This document shows positions 37,686 through 49,550 of a stretch of 64,000 bases of DNA, piece by piece. The notes under the pieces were generated by a model. That model saw only the letters and a program-made list of their open reading frames with translations. It made no database searches and was not told the origin of the DNA. The stretch lies in contig NC_043017.1 in the NCBI RefSeq assembly GCF_006345805.1, forward strand, positions 24,986,001 to 25,050,000, written 5' to 3'. The position numbers and the translations under genes are program-made. Source of the DNA: Octopus sinensis. Lineage: Eukaryota. How positions within the stretch are numbered: position 1 is the stretch's first letter; every line of letters begins with the position of its first letter.

Positions 37686-38012
37686 CATTTGTGTGTGTGT
37701 TGCTAACATAGATGATACATGCAAAATAAAGAGTACCTATTGATTATTTTTTTTTAATCAAACAAATTAAAAAAAAAAGATCAATACTTCAGAGGATACA
37801 TATATTGACCAGTTGGTGGGACATTTAATTTCACCTCTAGATAAACATATGATAAATTTTTGGCGGTTTACTGCTTCTTGTTATTATAGTGTTACTTTAT
37901 TTTCTACTTAATTTGTAATTTTTTTAAGAATATTCAATTAAATACATAAAATTTGAAGTCAGAATTTAAGGGGATGCAACTAGATTCATTTATTCATTTA
38001 TTCATTTATTTA

Positions 38013-38404
38013 TTTGTTTCAGTCATTTGACTGTGGCCATGCTGGAGCACCGCCTTTAGTCGAGCAAACCGACCCCAGGACTTATTCTTTGTAAGCCTAG
38101 TCTCTTTTGCCTATCAGTCCCTTTTGCTGAACCGCTAAGTTACGGGGACGTAAACAGACCAGCATCGATTCTCAGTGATGTTGGGGGAGGGGGCAAACAC
38201 AACACACAAACATACACATATATATATATACATATATGCGACGGCCTACTTTCAGTTTCTGTCTACCAAATCCACTCACAAGGCTTTGGTCGGCCCGAGG
38301 CTATAGTAGAAGACACTTGCCCAAGGTACCACGCAGTGGGACTGAACCCGGAACCATGTGGTTGGTAAGCAAGCTACTTACCACACAGCCACTCCTACGC
38401 CTAT
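38013..38404 (-). mobile_element. tRNA-derived SINE family 1
   Basis: Full-length reverse copy. Further diverged copies lie at about 6170-6450, 14490-14920, 16200-16780, 20660-21270, 26620-27430, 42670-43040 and 47090-47480. Confidence 0.88.
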
Positions 38405-38489
38405 TGTAGATGTAGATGTTTTTGTTTTAACCTCCACTAAATCAGAAGAAACAAAAAAAAAAATGTGTCTTCATTAGTTTCAAATACTT

Positions 38490-39480
38490 CCAGACAATCA
38501 GGGCAGATTTCCATCCTTCCCTTCTTCAAATCAGGCATCAGCTGCCTAGGTACCCCACTTGGCACACACTTTCTGGTCCCTAAGGTCTTCCACCATCTTC
38601 TAGAATGCATTGACTACTGTTCACTTGTACACCAAGCTCACAGATGGTGACTCTTCAGTTTGCGTGATTCACTTTGTCCATTCACTCGCGATTCATGTCA
38701 GTAGCTGCAGCTGATGACCTCCTGTTGCATAGTTTGTCTGTCTTCAAATGCTGATTTCCATGTACTAAGCCTTCATTTCTGGATCTCAAAGATGCGGCCA
38801 TATTTCATCTCCTGTCACCAGATTGGGAAAAATAAATCGCATCTTCATTGGGTTCAAATGCTTCCATCTGACCAGAGCAGATCTCCACCCTTCCCTTCTT
38901 CAAATTGGGTGTCATCTGCCTAGGTACCCCTCTTGGTACACACTTTCCAATACCTAGAGTCTTCGACCATTCTCTGTAATGCATTGAATGCAGTCCATTT
39001 GTGCAGCAAGCTCATGGATAGTGTCTTGTCTATCTGCACAGATCATCTCGTCCACTTGCTTGTGATTCAGGTCAGTCGTTGCAGCTGATGACCTCCTACT
39101 GCACAGTTTGTCTTGAAATGCCAGTTTCTATGTATGAAGCCTTCATTTCTGGACCATAAAGATACAGCCACATTTCATCTCCTGTCACCAGACTGGGGAA
39201 AATAAACCCTGTCTTCATTGGATTCATATACCTCCATCTGGTCAGAGCTGATTTCCACCTTTCCTTCTTCAAATCGGATGTCATTTGCCTAGGTACCCAA
39301 CTTGGAACACACTTTCTGATTTCTAAAGTCTTCCACCATTTTCTATAATGCATTGACTACAATCCACTTGTACAGCAAGCTTGAGGATAGTGACTCATCT
39401 GTCTTTGCGAATCACTTTGTCCACTCACTGGCAGTTCATATCAGTAGTTGCGGCTGATGATTGCCACTGTGTGGCATGTC
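38490..39480 (-). mobile_element. Three tandem copies of a mariner transposase fragment of about 370 bp
   Basis: RKCVPSWVPRQMT...LVTGDEMWLYLYGPEMK carries the mariner WVPR and TGDE motifs. The anchor gcctaggtaccc occurs at 38544, 38918 and 39287. Confidence 0.8.
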
Positions 39481-40416
39481 CTCAAGGTTAATTTGTTCAT
39501 CTTTAACCCTTTAGAATCCTGATTAGTCTGTTAAATATAATGCTTTTTCAATCACATTGTCTTGAATTAATCATACTTGTATGTTCAAAATTTTGATGAT
39601 GTGACTATATTTTTAGAATGGCATTGACGGGTAGATGCAACAGGCTTGATCTAGCTGGTTTGAACATAAGACAGGTGGAATATTTAAGCCAGATTTGGCC
39701 AGTTTAAATGCTAATGAGTTAAACTTCATTGATCTGCTCACATTGCTTTTGTCAATGGTGTGTCTCTAAGTAACTAATAAGCCTTCTGTGGACGTCAGAC
39801 AACCTGTACACCTTCGTTAAGAATTGTTGTAATTAAACAGAGTGCCTCTTTATGTCTGATATTGCCTCAGTTATGTACCCTGGACTTTTTATATAGTACT
39901 GTGCCTATGTTAGAAACAGTTATTCTTGTTTTTCTCACCTGAAACATTTGTAATAAGAGTTAACTAATGCAAAAGTTTTATCCTCAATATCCCCACCTTT
40001 TTTTTGTATCTCATGATTGAAAGAAGTTTCATATTTTATATCATTCCTGCAATTGTTCTTGGATTTCCCATGCAAAATTGCTTAGTCTCCTGCAAACCAT
40101 GTGATTACTTACTTGAGAGTATTCTGTTTGGATAATATGCTACAGCTGATCAACTGAGCATTTTGGTTCCAAACTCATTAGGAACTTGGTGGTTGAATGG
40201 TTTATTAAATTTAGCTGAGAGGGAACGTTACCGGTAACTAAAAGCTACAAGTCAATTTAAGAGCTACCATGCAACCACTTGACCTGCTAGAAATAGCACA
40301 GCCAAATCTCCCATCATATAATATACTGTCTTAAAAAAAAAGGAAGGATATATTGGACAATGAAGTCAATGTCAGATTAGGTCCAGAAAATTTATAAAAG
40401 GAAAAAAATTGGTTAA

Positions 40417-40636
40417 CCCTTTTGTTACCAACCCAACTGAAACCAGCTCTGGTTCTGAATACAAATGTCTTGTTTTCATAAGTTTTGAATTAAAATCTTC
40501 CACCAAACCTTAGTCACAATTTATGTTCCTAACACTAGCTTAATGATAACTAAGTTATTTTGCTAAATTCTTTGTTATAGTTAAAGTAATTGAAAGAAAC
40601 ACAGAGCATCTCAAAATAAATACAGTAAAGAAAGGG
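40417..40636. mobile_element. TTAA-flanked MITE family B
   Basis: TTAA|CCCTTT...GAAAGGG|TTAA; same body as 759-979 (reverse) and 57548-57768. Confidence 0.85.
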
Positions 40637-40912
40637 TTAACCAATGGTTGAAATATTTGAACAGAGCTGACTTTAAGGAAACTACTGTAACCAAACTTCC
40701 ATTGTCATTGTCATCATTTCTTCAATATCTAAATATTATTTTTCAGTCACATCACCACCACCACCACCACCACCAATACTACCATTAACATCATCATCAT
40801 CATCACTCTTGCTTTCCCATACCAACTTGGGCAATGTTTTATCGTTGGACACCAACTGTTTTTGCCATAATACATTCATTATATGTATTTTTTTTTTATT
40901 TATTTATATAAC

Positions 40913-41294
40913 ACTAGCAGTATCGCCCGGCGTTGCTCAGGTTTGTAAGGGAAATAACTATAAAGCATTTTTAGAGAGTTATAGCCAAAAAATAACAAAA
41001 AAATGGAAAAAAATGATGGTAAATTTTTTTTTAGTTAAAAAAGGTGGAGTTGCGTCCCCTAGACAGTTTGCGGTTTGTGTTTCTGATTCTCGACCCCATG
41101 TCGAATTTATCGATTTTTTTCAGAACTGGGGGAACTTTTCAAAATTTTCGCTGCGTTAGTTTTGAATTATGACATTGGGCTATGTGTGTGTCAAGTTTCA
41201 TCAGAATCGGTTGAAAGCCGTGGTCAGGGTGAGGGTACAAGCAAACAGACACACAGAAACACGCACAGACAAACTGCCGTTTATATAGAGAGAG
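40913..41294 (+). mobile_element. Non-autonomous Helitron-like element (Lep1/MINE-type ends)
   Basis: Starts actagcagtatcgcccggcgttgctc and has a 3' part gtcaagtttcatcagaatcggttg...acaagcaaacagac...aaactgccgtttatatag. No TIR or TSD seen. Confidence 0.5.
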
Positions 41295-42291
41295 ATTTTC
41301 CCTCCAGATTCTGAAACAACAGATGATCTCTATATTCATAATGATCACTTTATTTTAAAATACTCATTATCATATTCGTCATCATTTGTAATTTCTTTAT
41401 TCATTGACTTTTATAAATCTTACTCGTTAAAGTAACCAAATCCAATTATTTTTTCATTGTGTTTTTGGTTAATTTCACTAAAATAAAACCAAACCATTGT
41501 AGCTTTCTCCCACACATTAATTAAGCTCAGCTAAACAAACGATGAAATCATAGACAACAAAATGGTTGGTACTAATTATTAAACTGCAGCACAGTAAGTA
41601 GATTCTAATTACTTTACCTTTTTGGTGTAAAAAAAAAAATTTTTGCTGTTTTTTTGAGAATAGGTTTATTTTCATATTTTATTATTTTTCTTCCTTTTGA
41701 GATTTAGAATAACTCTTCACCTACCACCTGATGAATATTCTCGGCGTGGAAGCACATCTGATATATAACTCTGTCCATAGCCATTTTGGTTGTTCTGTCA
41801 AAGAGGAAAACAAAAACAAAAAAAAACCTACTCCACCTCTCAGCTTTTTCCACACATTACTTCAAATTTTGTTCTCTGTGTGTGTGTGTGTGAAATTATC
41901 AGAGTAGAATCATTTCTCTATCATCTGTTGCAATGTCCCTCCCTTGAACATCCCCTCCCTCTATCTTTCTGTCTCTGTCTACATTGTTGTTGTTCCCTAA
42001 CAACCAGCCTTCCGCATTTCCCACTTGCCCGATTCCTGATCCTTTTATGTTTCTGAAATGCCCTTCCCCATCAATGGTATCAGCCGCAGCCCTGTTTCAA
42101 CTTTGCACTTAAGTCACGTGAAGCGGCGTGACTCATCGATAATTATCAGGAAACATTCCCCCTTTCAAAACCTGCCCCTTGTCCGTATTCATTCCCTTTC
42201 ACATGTTGATCTATGAAAAGTCTGATTTCTTTATAACTCATTTCCTCCATTCTTGTGAAAAAAAAAAACTTTCTGAGTGAGCTATTAGAGA

Positions 42292-42340
<49 letters not shown>

Positions 42341-42610
42341 GCAACAACAAAATGAAGTATCGTTGTTCAAACAGGCAAACTCTTCTACAGTGTTGTTTAT
42401 CATGAGATGCATTTAAGATGTGACTAGATTCTCTCTACTTTTGATAATCTTTGTTTTTGATATATTCTAAGTGAAAAAAAAAAAAAAAGGCAAAGGCAAA
42501 AATTAAATTTTCAATGTTATAAATTAACAATTAATCTTAGATTAATGGAATTCACTGCAATTTTTATTTATTTATTTAAATGAGTCAGTATCTTTTTATT
42601 ATCATATTTT

Positions 42611-42655
<45 letters not shown>

Positions 42656-45600
42656 TTTATTTCTTTATAGGTGCCAGTGTGAGTGTGTGGTAAGAAATTT
42701 GCTTCACAGCCACATGGTTCCAGGTTCAATCCTACTGCATGGTACCTACTATAGTCTGAGGCCAATCAAAGCCTTGTGAGTGGATTCGGTAGACGAAAAC
42801 TGAAAGAAGCCTATTGTATATGTGTGTGTGTCTATATTTGTCCCCCACTACCACTTGACAACCAGTGTTGGTGTGTTTACATCCCTGTAATTTAGCAGTT
42901 TGACAAAAGAGACCAATAGAGCAAGCACCAGGTTTAAAAAATAAGTACTGGAGTTTATTCATTTGATTAAGATTCTTCAGGACGGTGCTCCAGGATGGCC
43001 ACAGTCTAATGACTAAAACAAAAGATAAGAAATAAAAGATATCTAACCCTTCTCACAAATCCTTATGTATCTATCAAGTTCCCTCTGCGACAAGTGTTAC
43101 CATACCTTACACTTGAATTTCATGACTAAACTTTATTAAATGCTTTGTTCATGGCTTACCCCAAGGTTTCCCTACCAGATGATCTTGCCTTTAAAATCTG
43201 CCCTGCCATTCTTTCCTCTGATATTCTAGTCACATGCCTGTAGTACCAGAGCTGTGGCCTTTCAATCAAATAAGAAGCAGTTCGGTTGAAGCAGCTCCCT
43301 GATCTTTGCACTCTATCAAGGAACAAACTCTAGCAACCTTCCAGATGAACCCTATTTTGGTTATGCAGGGCTCCAGCTGGATCATTTGCTGATGGTTCTA
43401 TCAGAATAGAACCCTCTGGAAAGTACCTCTGATGACGCTTCCTTCATGACCCCCCCCCACCCAGGAGTATGTGGGCAATGAAGATAGAAGTTTATTTAAC
43501 TACAGTACTCTAGTACAGGTTTTCACTAATGCCTCTATCTCTTGCTTTAGCTTCTATTTCTAGCAGGTCACTATCTTACAAACAGTCTTATTTCAGATTT
43601 TTTCCCTCTCTCCTGGTTTAATTAGCAGACAATTTAATTAAATCATTTCTCATTATCTTTTCTCTCTTAGTGGACTGGTTTTAGATAAACAATCGTAAAA
43701 CACCAGCTTAACGGTGTTTTAGTATTTAATTCCATTGTCCTGCCATGAAAGAGTTGTCAGTTTACATAGGTCGCCCTCTCAGGATTGAGGAGATAAACAC
43801 TATTCACATATGGACGTTGAATTTGATAAACTGTACACTTTCTTTACTATTAAGCTGTAGCTCTGAACAAACAGGATATTTTCTGTCTATTCTCTTCATC
43901 TGCTAATACTGCTTCAGTTGTCTTATCTCTTTGTCTGTTTTCTTACAGCTTAATCAGAAAAAGAATAACACTACACTTAACCTTTTATAAAGTCTTTGAA
44001 ACTGATTTTGAAAAAAAAAAGCAATGGGGATACTACACCTCATTGATCGATGTAGTTGGTTGTGTGCGTCTTATAGACAAAAATAGGTAGCATTCTATTA
44101 CGTCTTGTTTGCATTTTGTGGCCTGTTCTGATCTCTTTTTTCTTAAAAATCCTCTTAATTCTATTTCAGTCATATTGTGTGTGTATGAATGAGAAAGGTT
44201 TTATTCATTCAGTCATCCAAACTAAAATACTTATAATAAAAACCCTGCCTCCCCAAGGGCATATCAGGTTTCTTTTCTGTTCAAAAAAATAATAAAATAA
44301 GTGATTATCCCCCAAAAGGTTATTTCCTTTCCTTACAGGAAGCTGTCATTCTTCATTTATTCCATTTACTGTATTGATTCCTGTCGTGGTGGTCCACTTT
44401 TTTAGATGCTTTGATTTCCAGTAATTCTATCCTATAAGCATTTATAACTTTCTCACTTCATGATTGAATACTTGCCAGATTAGGAAGTGCATCCACAAGG
44501 GAAAACCCTACTTCAATAATGCAACTTATTTCAGCTGTGTATGTGTGTGTTAGACTTTAGTTATCTCTTAACTTTGGCTGTCCTTATTACAACGATGCTA
44601 GTGTAAGTATATCTATCTCTGTAACTGAAACTCTGCTAGCACTATCTCACCACCTGTTACATTCTCCCTGTGCAACTTCTACCTCACACTACTTCTCTGC
44701 AGGAATGGAATAGACTCTAAGAAAAAAGAGAGACAGCTGGACAAACAGACAGATGGAGTTGATATTTGTTACATCACTGTCTAACAAATAAAACTCAGTC
44801 AGTGCATGCAGGCTGTCCTCAGTATTCAATAAGGGAGCTTCTACAGAGTTGTTTGATCTGATAGAAACAGTAGCCACAATCTTCCTCAAATCATCCTCAA
44901 CTATCTTAAAGGGTATATTGAACAGTTTATTAAGTTCTTAATGCCAAAAAAAGATGGGATAGTTACACCTGGAATATCTTTCGTCATAGGTCTGTTTGAT
45001 CAGGTCTGATCTGGGTTAACCAACAACGACAAGGAAGTTTAATCTAAGCCAACAAGCTAGAAATAACAACTAAATTCCCATCAGATCACACTCAAATTAA
45101 GAACACGTTGAACTTCACATGTGTGTGTGTGTGACTAAGAGGAAATCACCTGCAGTGTTTTTCTTCTTTTTCTTTTTCTAGCAATTAAAAAGTAGTAATT
45201 ACGATATATCAGGTGTTAGGTTTTACCTGTAATTAAGTCTTGGACATTAATGCAGCAACCAGAATAATTAATCGCAAAAACATCATCAAAATGCAAGATA
45301 TGTCTATAAGATATAAATTCATATTTAATTAACAAAATGATTTTTGTATTAGTCACAGTGGTGATGGTAGTGGTAACAGCAAAGGTTTTTTTTTTTCTTA
45401 GTTTCATTTTTAATCACCATAAAGCTCAATATTTTCAGCTAAAGAAAAAAGTCTTCATAATCTAGGATTCTGCTACCTTGGTCGAATGGACAATTTTCAA
45501 CAGTATTAAGGATGTCACATACAGAAAGACATGAGTTGTGGCTTTCATTCTTTACCAAACAGCATTAACTGTGAAGAAGGTAATCCTATGAAATGCCACA

Positions 45601-47010
45601 TGTCTTTCTCTCTAAACAGGTTTAACCCTTTAGTGTTTAAACCGGCCATATCTGGCCCAGATATTCTACATGTTTTATATTCAAACTGGCAATATCTGGC
45701 CTCTCACACCTACCCAACAATGTCATTCTAAATATAAACAATCACATCATTGAAACCTCAAAGATATAAGATAATGCATGATTAATTCAAAACATTTCAG
45801 TGGAAAAGTATTACATTTAACAGAGTAATCTGAACACTAAAGGGTTAAAGAAAGTAACATTAGCTGCCTCACCTTTATCACTGCAGATATTCTGACTAAG
45901 GGCAAAAGATGAGATCTTAACCCCACTGACACTAATGAAACTCAACTAGATTGAAACTGCAATCCTTAGTTATAATTCTTCTTAATTATTTTAGAGGAAC
46001 TACATTTCTTCCAAATTGTTTCAGGGCAAAGTTAGACATATTGCCTTTACAACTCTTTAATTTAAAGAGATGCAAGCAATTTCAGTCACATACTTATGAT
46101 GGTAGTAGTTTTATCTAGCAGAAGAGATCATTAGGTGATGTCCAACATTCTTTGAATGTTTTGACCTTAAACCACAATATCCTCTAGTTGGTGGTTTGGG
46201 CAGTAATGACCAGTTTTCTTGTGTATCATCTGCATCCCTGCTCAATTCTTCCTCCCACTTGTTCCTGAGCCAGCAAAAGGCTCTTTCTTCTACTCCCCGC
46301 CAACCTGTGTTCAACTATTTCTCTTTCCTTCTCTGCCACTGTCTTCGCTTCCCTTCTTAGATTTATTAAATATTTGATTTAGAAATGTGCATTTAAATTA
46401 CGATTGCTGCATCATTTGTAAGAGCCAAAACAAATGTTTAGTATTTGTTGCAGATGGCAGAAAATGGGTGAAATGCCAGAATTTTACAACTCTGTGGAAA
46501 ATAATTTTAAATAATGTATTTAATAATAAAAAAAAAAAGCCATCCTTTTTCTTATCGCAGCATGGCTGCTCCATTTATTATAAATTTATTATAAATATTT
46601 TTGCATTAAATTTAAGAACAATTGTATTTAACAGTGAATTGTATAACTAAGGGCAAAAAATTGTTGGATTGTTAATTGTTAATGTTAAATTTGTTTGTTT
46701 TCTCTCTCTCCCTCTCAGCTCACTCATTTTCTCTCTCTTTCTCTCTGTCTGGCTCTTTTTTTATTGCAAAGGAATGGAAAAAGCAGTCTCATTTTTTTTT
46801 TTTTTTCATTTTTGTATAAGAACTCTTAAGAGTTTTTGCTGTTGCTTATGTGTTAGAGGGACGAATTTCATTTCGACACATGTCAAGAACATACATGTTA
46901 CTGACATGGCTGAAGACAGTCAAAGTGCATCTTGACATTCTCATGAATCACTGCTGAGGTTATGTTTGCCTTGCTTCAATGTATAACATGACACATCTAT
47001 GAAAAGATGA

Positions 47011-47042
<32 letters not shown>

Positions 47043-48819
47043 AATAAATCTCTTTTGATCACCAGAAGTTATAAATTACTGGACTTTTTTATTCTCTCGT
47101 TTAAGTCATTTTACTGCAGCCATACCTTTAAGGGTTTTAGTAAAAAAAAATTGACCCCAGGTGTTATTTTGATTTTTTAATCCTTGTACTTATTCTGTAG
47201 GTCTCTTTTGCTGAACCACTAAGTTACAGGGACATAAACACACTAACACCGCATGTCAAGCAGTGATGGGACAAACACAGGAGCAAAAATACACACACAC
47301 ACACACACACACACATACATACATGCACAACAGGCTTCTTTCAGTTTGTGACTACCATATCCACTCAGTTGGCCTGAGGCTGAGGTAGAAGGCATTTGTC
47401 CTATGTGCCACACAGTAGGACTGAACCCAGAACCATATGGCTGGGAAGCAAACTTTTTACCACACAGCCATTCGTGAGCCTATATGTAGAATATTTTTTA
47501 ATACATTATAACTGAAACACTCCAATTTCCAATACTCAGAGTTGCTTGTTTCCAATCATCAGTTGGTAAATTGAGTCTGGTTTTTTTTTTTTTTAAATAC
47601 CCACTGTCTGAATATTTTTTTAAATACGAAATGAAAGTTGAAGAAAACGCTTATATTTTTGTTCCTTCATTTAACCCTTTAGTGTTCGCATTATTCTGCC
47701 AAAATTAATGCTTTTTTATCCAAATTGTTTTGAACTAATCAGGCATTATCTTGTAGCTATGAGATTTTGATGAGGTAGCTGTTAATTTTTAAAATGATAT
47801 TGTAGGGTCGGTGTGAGAGGTCAGATCTGGCCAGTTTGAATATAAAACAGGCAGAATACTTTTGGCCGGATATGGCCGGTTTATATGCAAAAGGGTTAAA
47901 AACATTTATGGAGGACACGTGCAAAAATGGCTGCTTCAAGTTCGCATTTTAAAAATTTCATTTCTGGTTTTGTTATGGTTTTGTTAATATTATTACAAAT
48001 ATCATAAACTCCATACAATCAAAGTCATAAAATTGTGTTGCTGTTTAAACATTAGATATGATATACAGATGGCTATTGAAGAGTTTTCTGTAACCCTTTA
48101 GCATTTGGATTTCTCTGTCAAATGTAATGCTTAATTTATTCACGTTGTTTTGAATTAATCACACATTGTCTTTTAGCTTCAAGATTTCAATAATGTAATT
48201 GTTAATTTTGAGAATGACTTGTAGAGTAGATGTGAGGGGCTGCACCTGGCCAGTTTGAACATAAAGCAAGTAGAATATTTGGGCCAGATACAGCCAGTTT
48301 AAATGCTAAATTGTTAAACATTGAACTGGAAGTCTTGAATTGGAAATTCATCCCCTCCTATGTTTGCGCCCTATGGTTATCTGTGTTTCTGTCTATCTAA
48401 ATCAAATATGATTGTTATTTTGTTTTCTGTAACCCTAGTTGATGATGTATTTTGGATTTGGTAGCTGACTGTGTTTAAATGTCCGTCCTCTAATTTGATG
48501 TATCGAATATTGAAAAAATAGACAAACCATTAATTTTCTCCATTTGCATTTAACGAGGATGAAGATTTATTATTGAAAGAGAAAAGGAACATCATAAAAT
48601 CTCTCTGAATGATAAAATTCGTTACCGGAAAATCCATTTAATTTTAGTAGGAATTATTTGTAAAAGTATAACTATAAATACATTGATTAAGTACTGGTCA
48701 TTGGTCAATTATCTTCATATTGTCTGTCTTTACATAGACTTTAAGAAAAATACCAACCATTTTAGGTAATAAATTATCATATAACTCCTTCATAATTACC
48801 AATGCACCTCTCTCTCTCC

Positions 48820-49290
48820 CTCTCTTACTCCATTCCCCCACTAGCCTTTTTTTCTCCCCTCTTCATTTTTTCACCATCTCTTTCCTCTTCTCTCTTTCTC
48901 TCCCTCTCATATCTCTCTGTCTCCTCCTCCTCTTCTTTTCCCTCTCTCCCTTTCTCACTATCTCTTTTATTCCCCGTTTTTCTATCACCCTTTAGCTTTC
49001 CCCTTTTCTCTCTCCTCTCTTCCTTTCCTTTTCCTTTCCTTTCTCTCCCCCTCTCCTCACCCCCCTATTTTTCTATCTCCTTTTCTCTCTCTCCCTTTCT
49101 CCTTTTCTCTCTCTCCCTTTCTCCTTTTCTCTCTCTCTCCCTTTCTCCTTTTCTCTCTCTCCTCCTTTCTCCTTTTCTCTCTCTCCCTTTCTCCTTTTCT
49201 CTCTCTCTCCCTTTCCCCTTTTCCCTCTCTCTCCCTTTCTCCTTTTCTCTCTCTCTCCTCACTCCCCCATCTCTGTGTTTTCCCCCTTTT
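48820..49290 (+). repeat. Polypyrimidine (CT-rich) tract with about 22-nt tandem units, just upstream of exon A
   Basis: ccctttctccttttctctctct repeated at 49080-49260. Confidence 0.9.
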
Positions 49291-49428
49291 TTTTTTTACA
49301 TTACTCTGGCCAATCATGGTATTGTCCAGGGAACAGAACATTGTCACATTCCTGCTGCACATTGCAATCATGTTAGCTTTCATTCATTTATTATTATCAT
49401 AAATAACTATTTTTTTTCCCACCGATCC

Positions 49429-49447
49429 TTCCTTAACCTTTCTGCAC
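49429..49447 (+). other. U12 branch point TTCCTTAAC plus AC acceptor for alternative exon A
   Basis: TTCCTTAAC at 49429-49437 followed by ctttctgcAC|. There is no AG between the in-frame TAA (49434-49436) and the exon. Confidence 0.93.
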
Positions 49448-49550
49448 TATTATCGAAGCGATTGTCTGCTTCTTCTCTGTCTGGTCAATTATTGGATTGG
49501 CTGGCTTTCATACCTATTTAACCACATCAGAGCAGACAACCAATGAAGAT
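49448..49550 (+). CDS. ZDHHC14: ZDHHC alternative exon A (103 nt; TM4 + TTxE motif)
   Basis: AG|T gives Ser, then [34 protein letters not shown]. Ends at a phase-0 U2 donor |gtgagt. Confidence 0.95.

Noticed and set aside
48802-49521. 239-aa ORF, the longest in the track
   Set aside because: Low-complexity translation of the CT tract; the real exon A is in a different frame.
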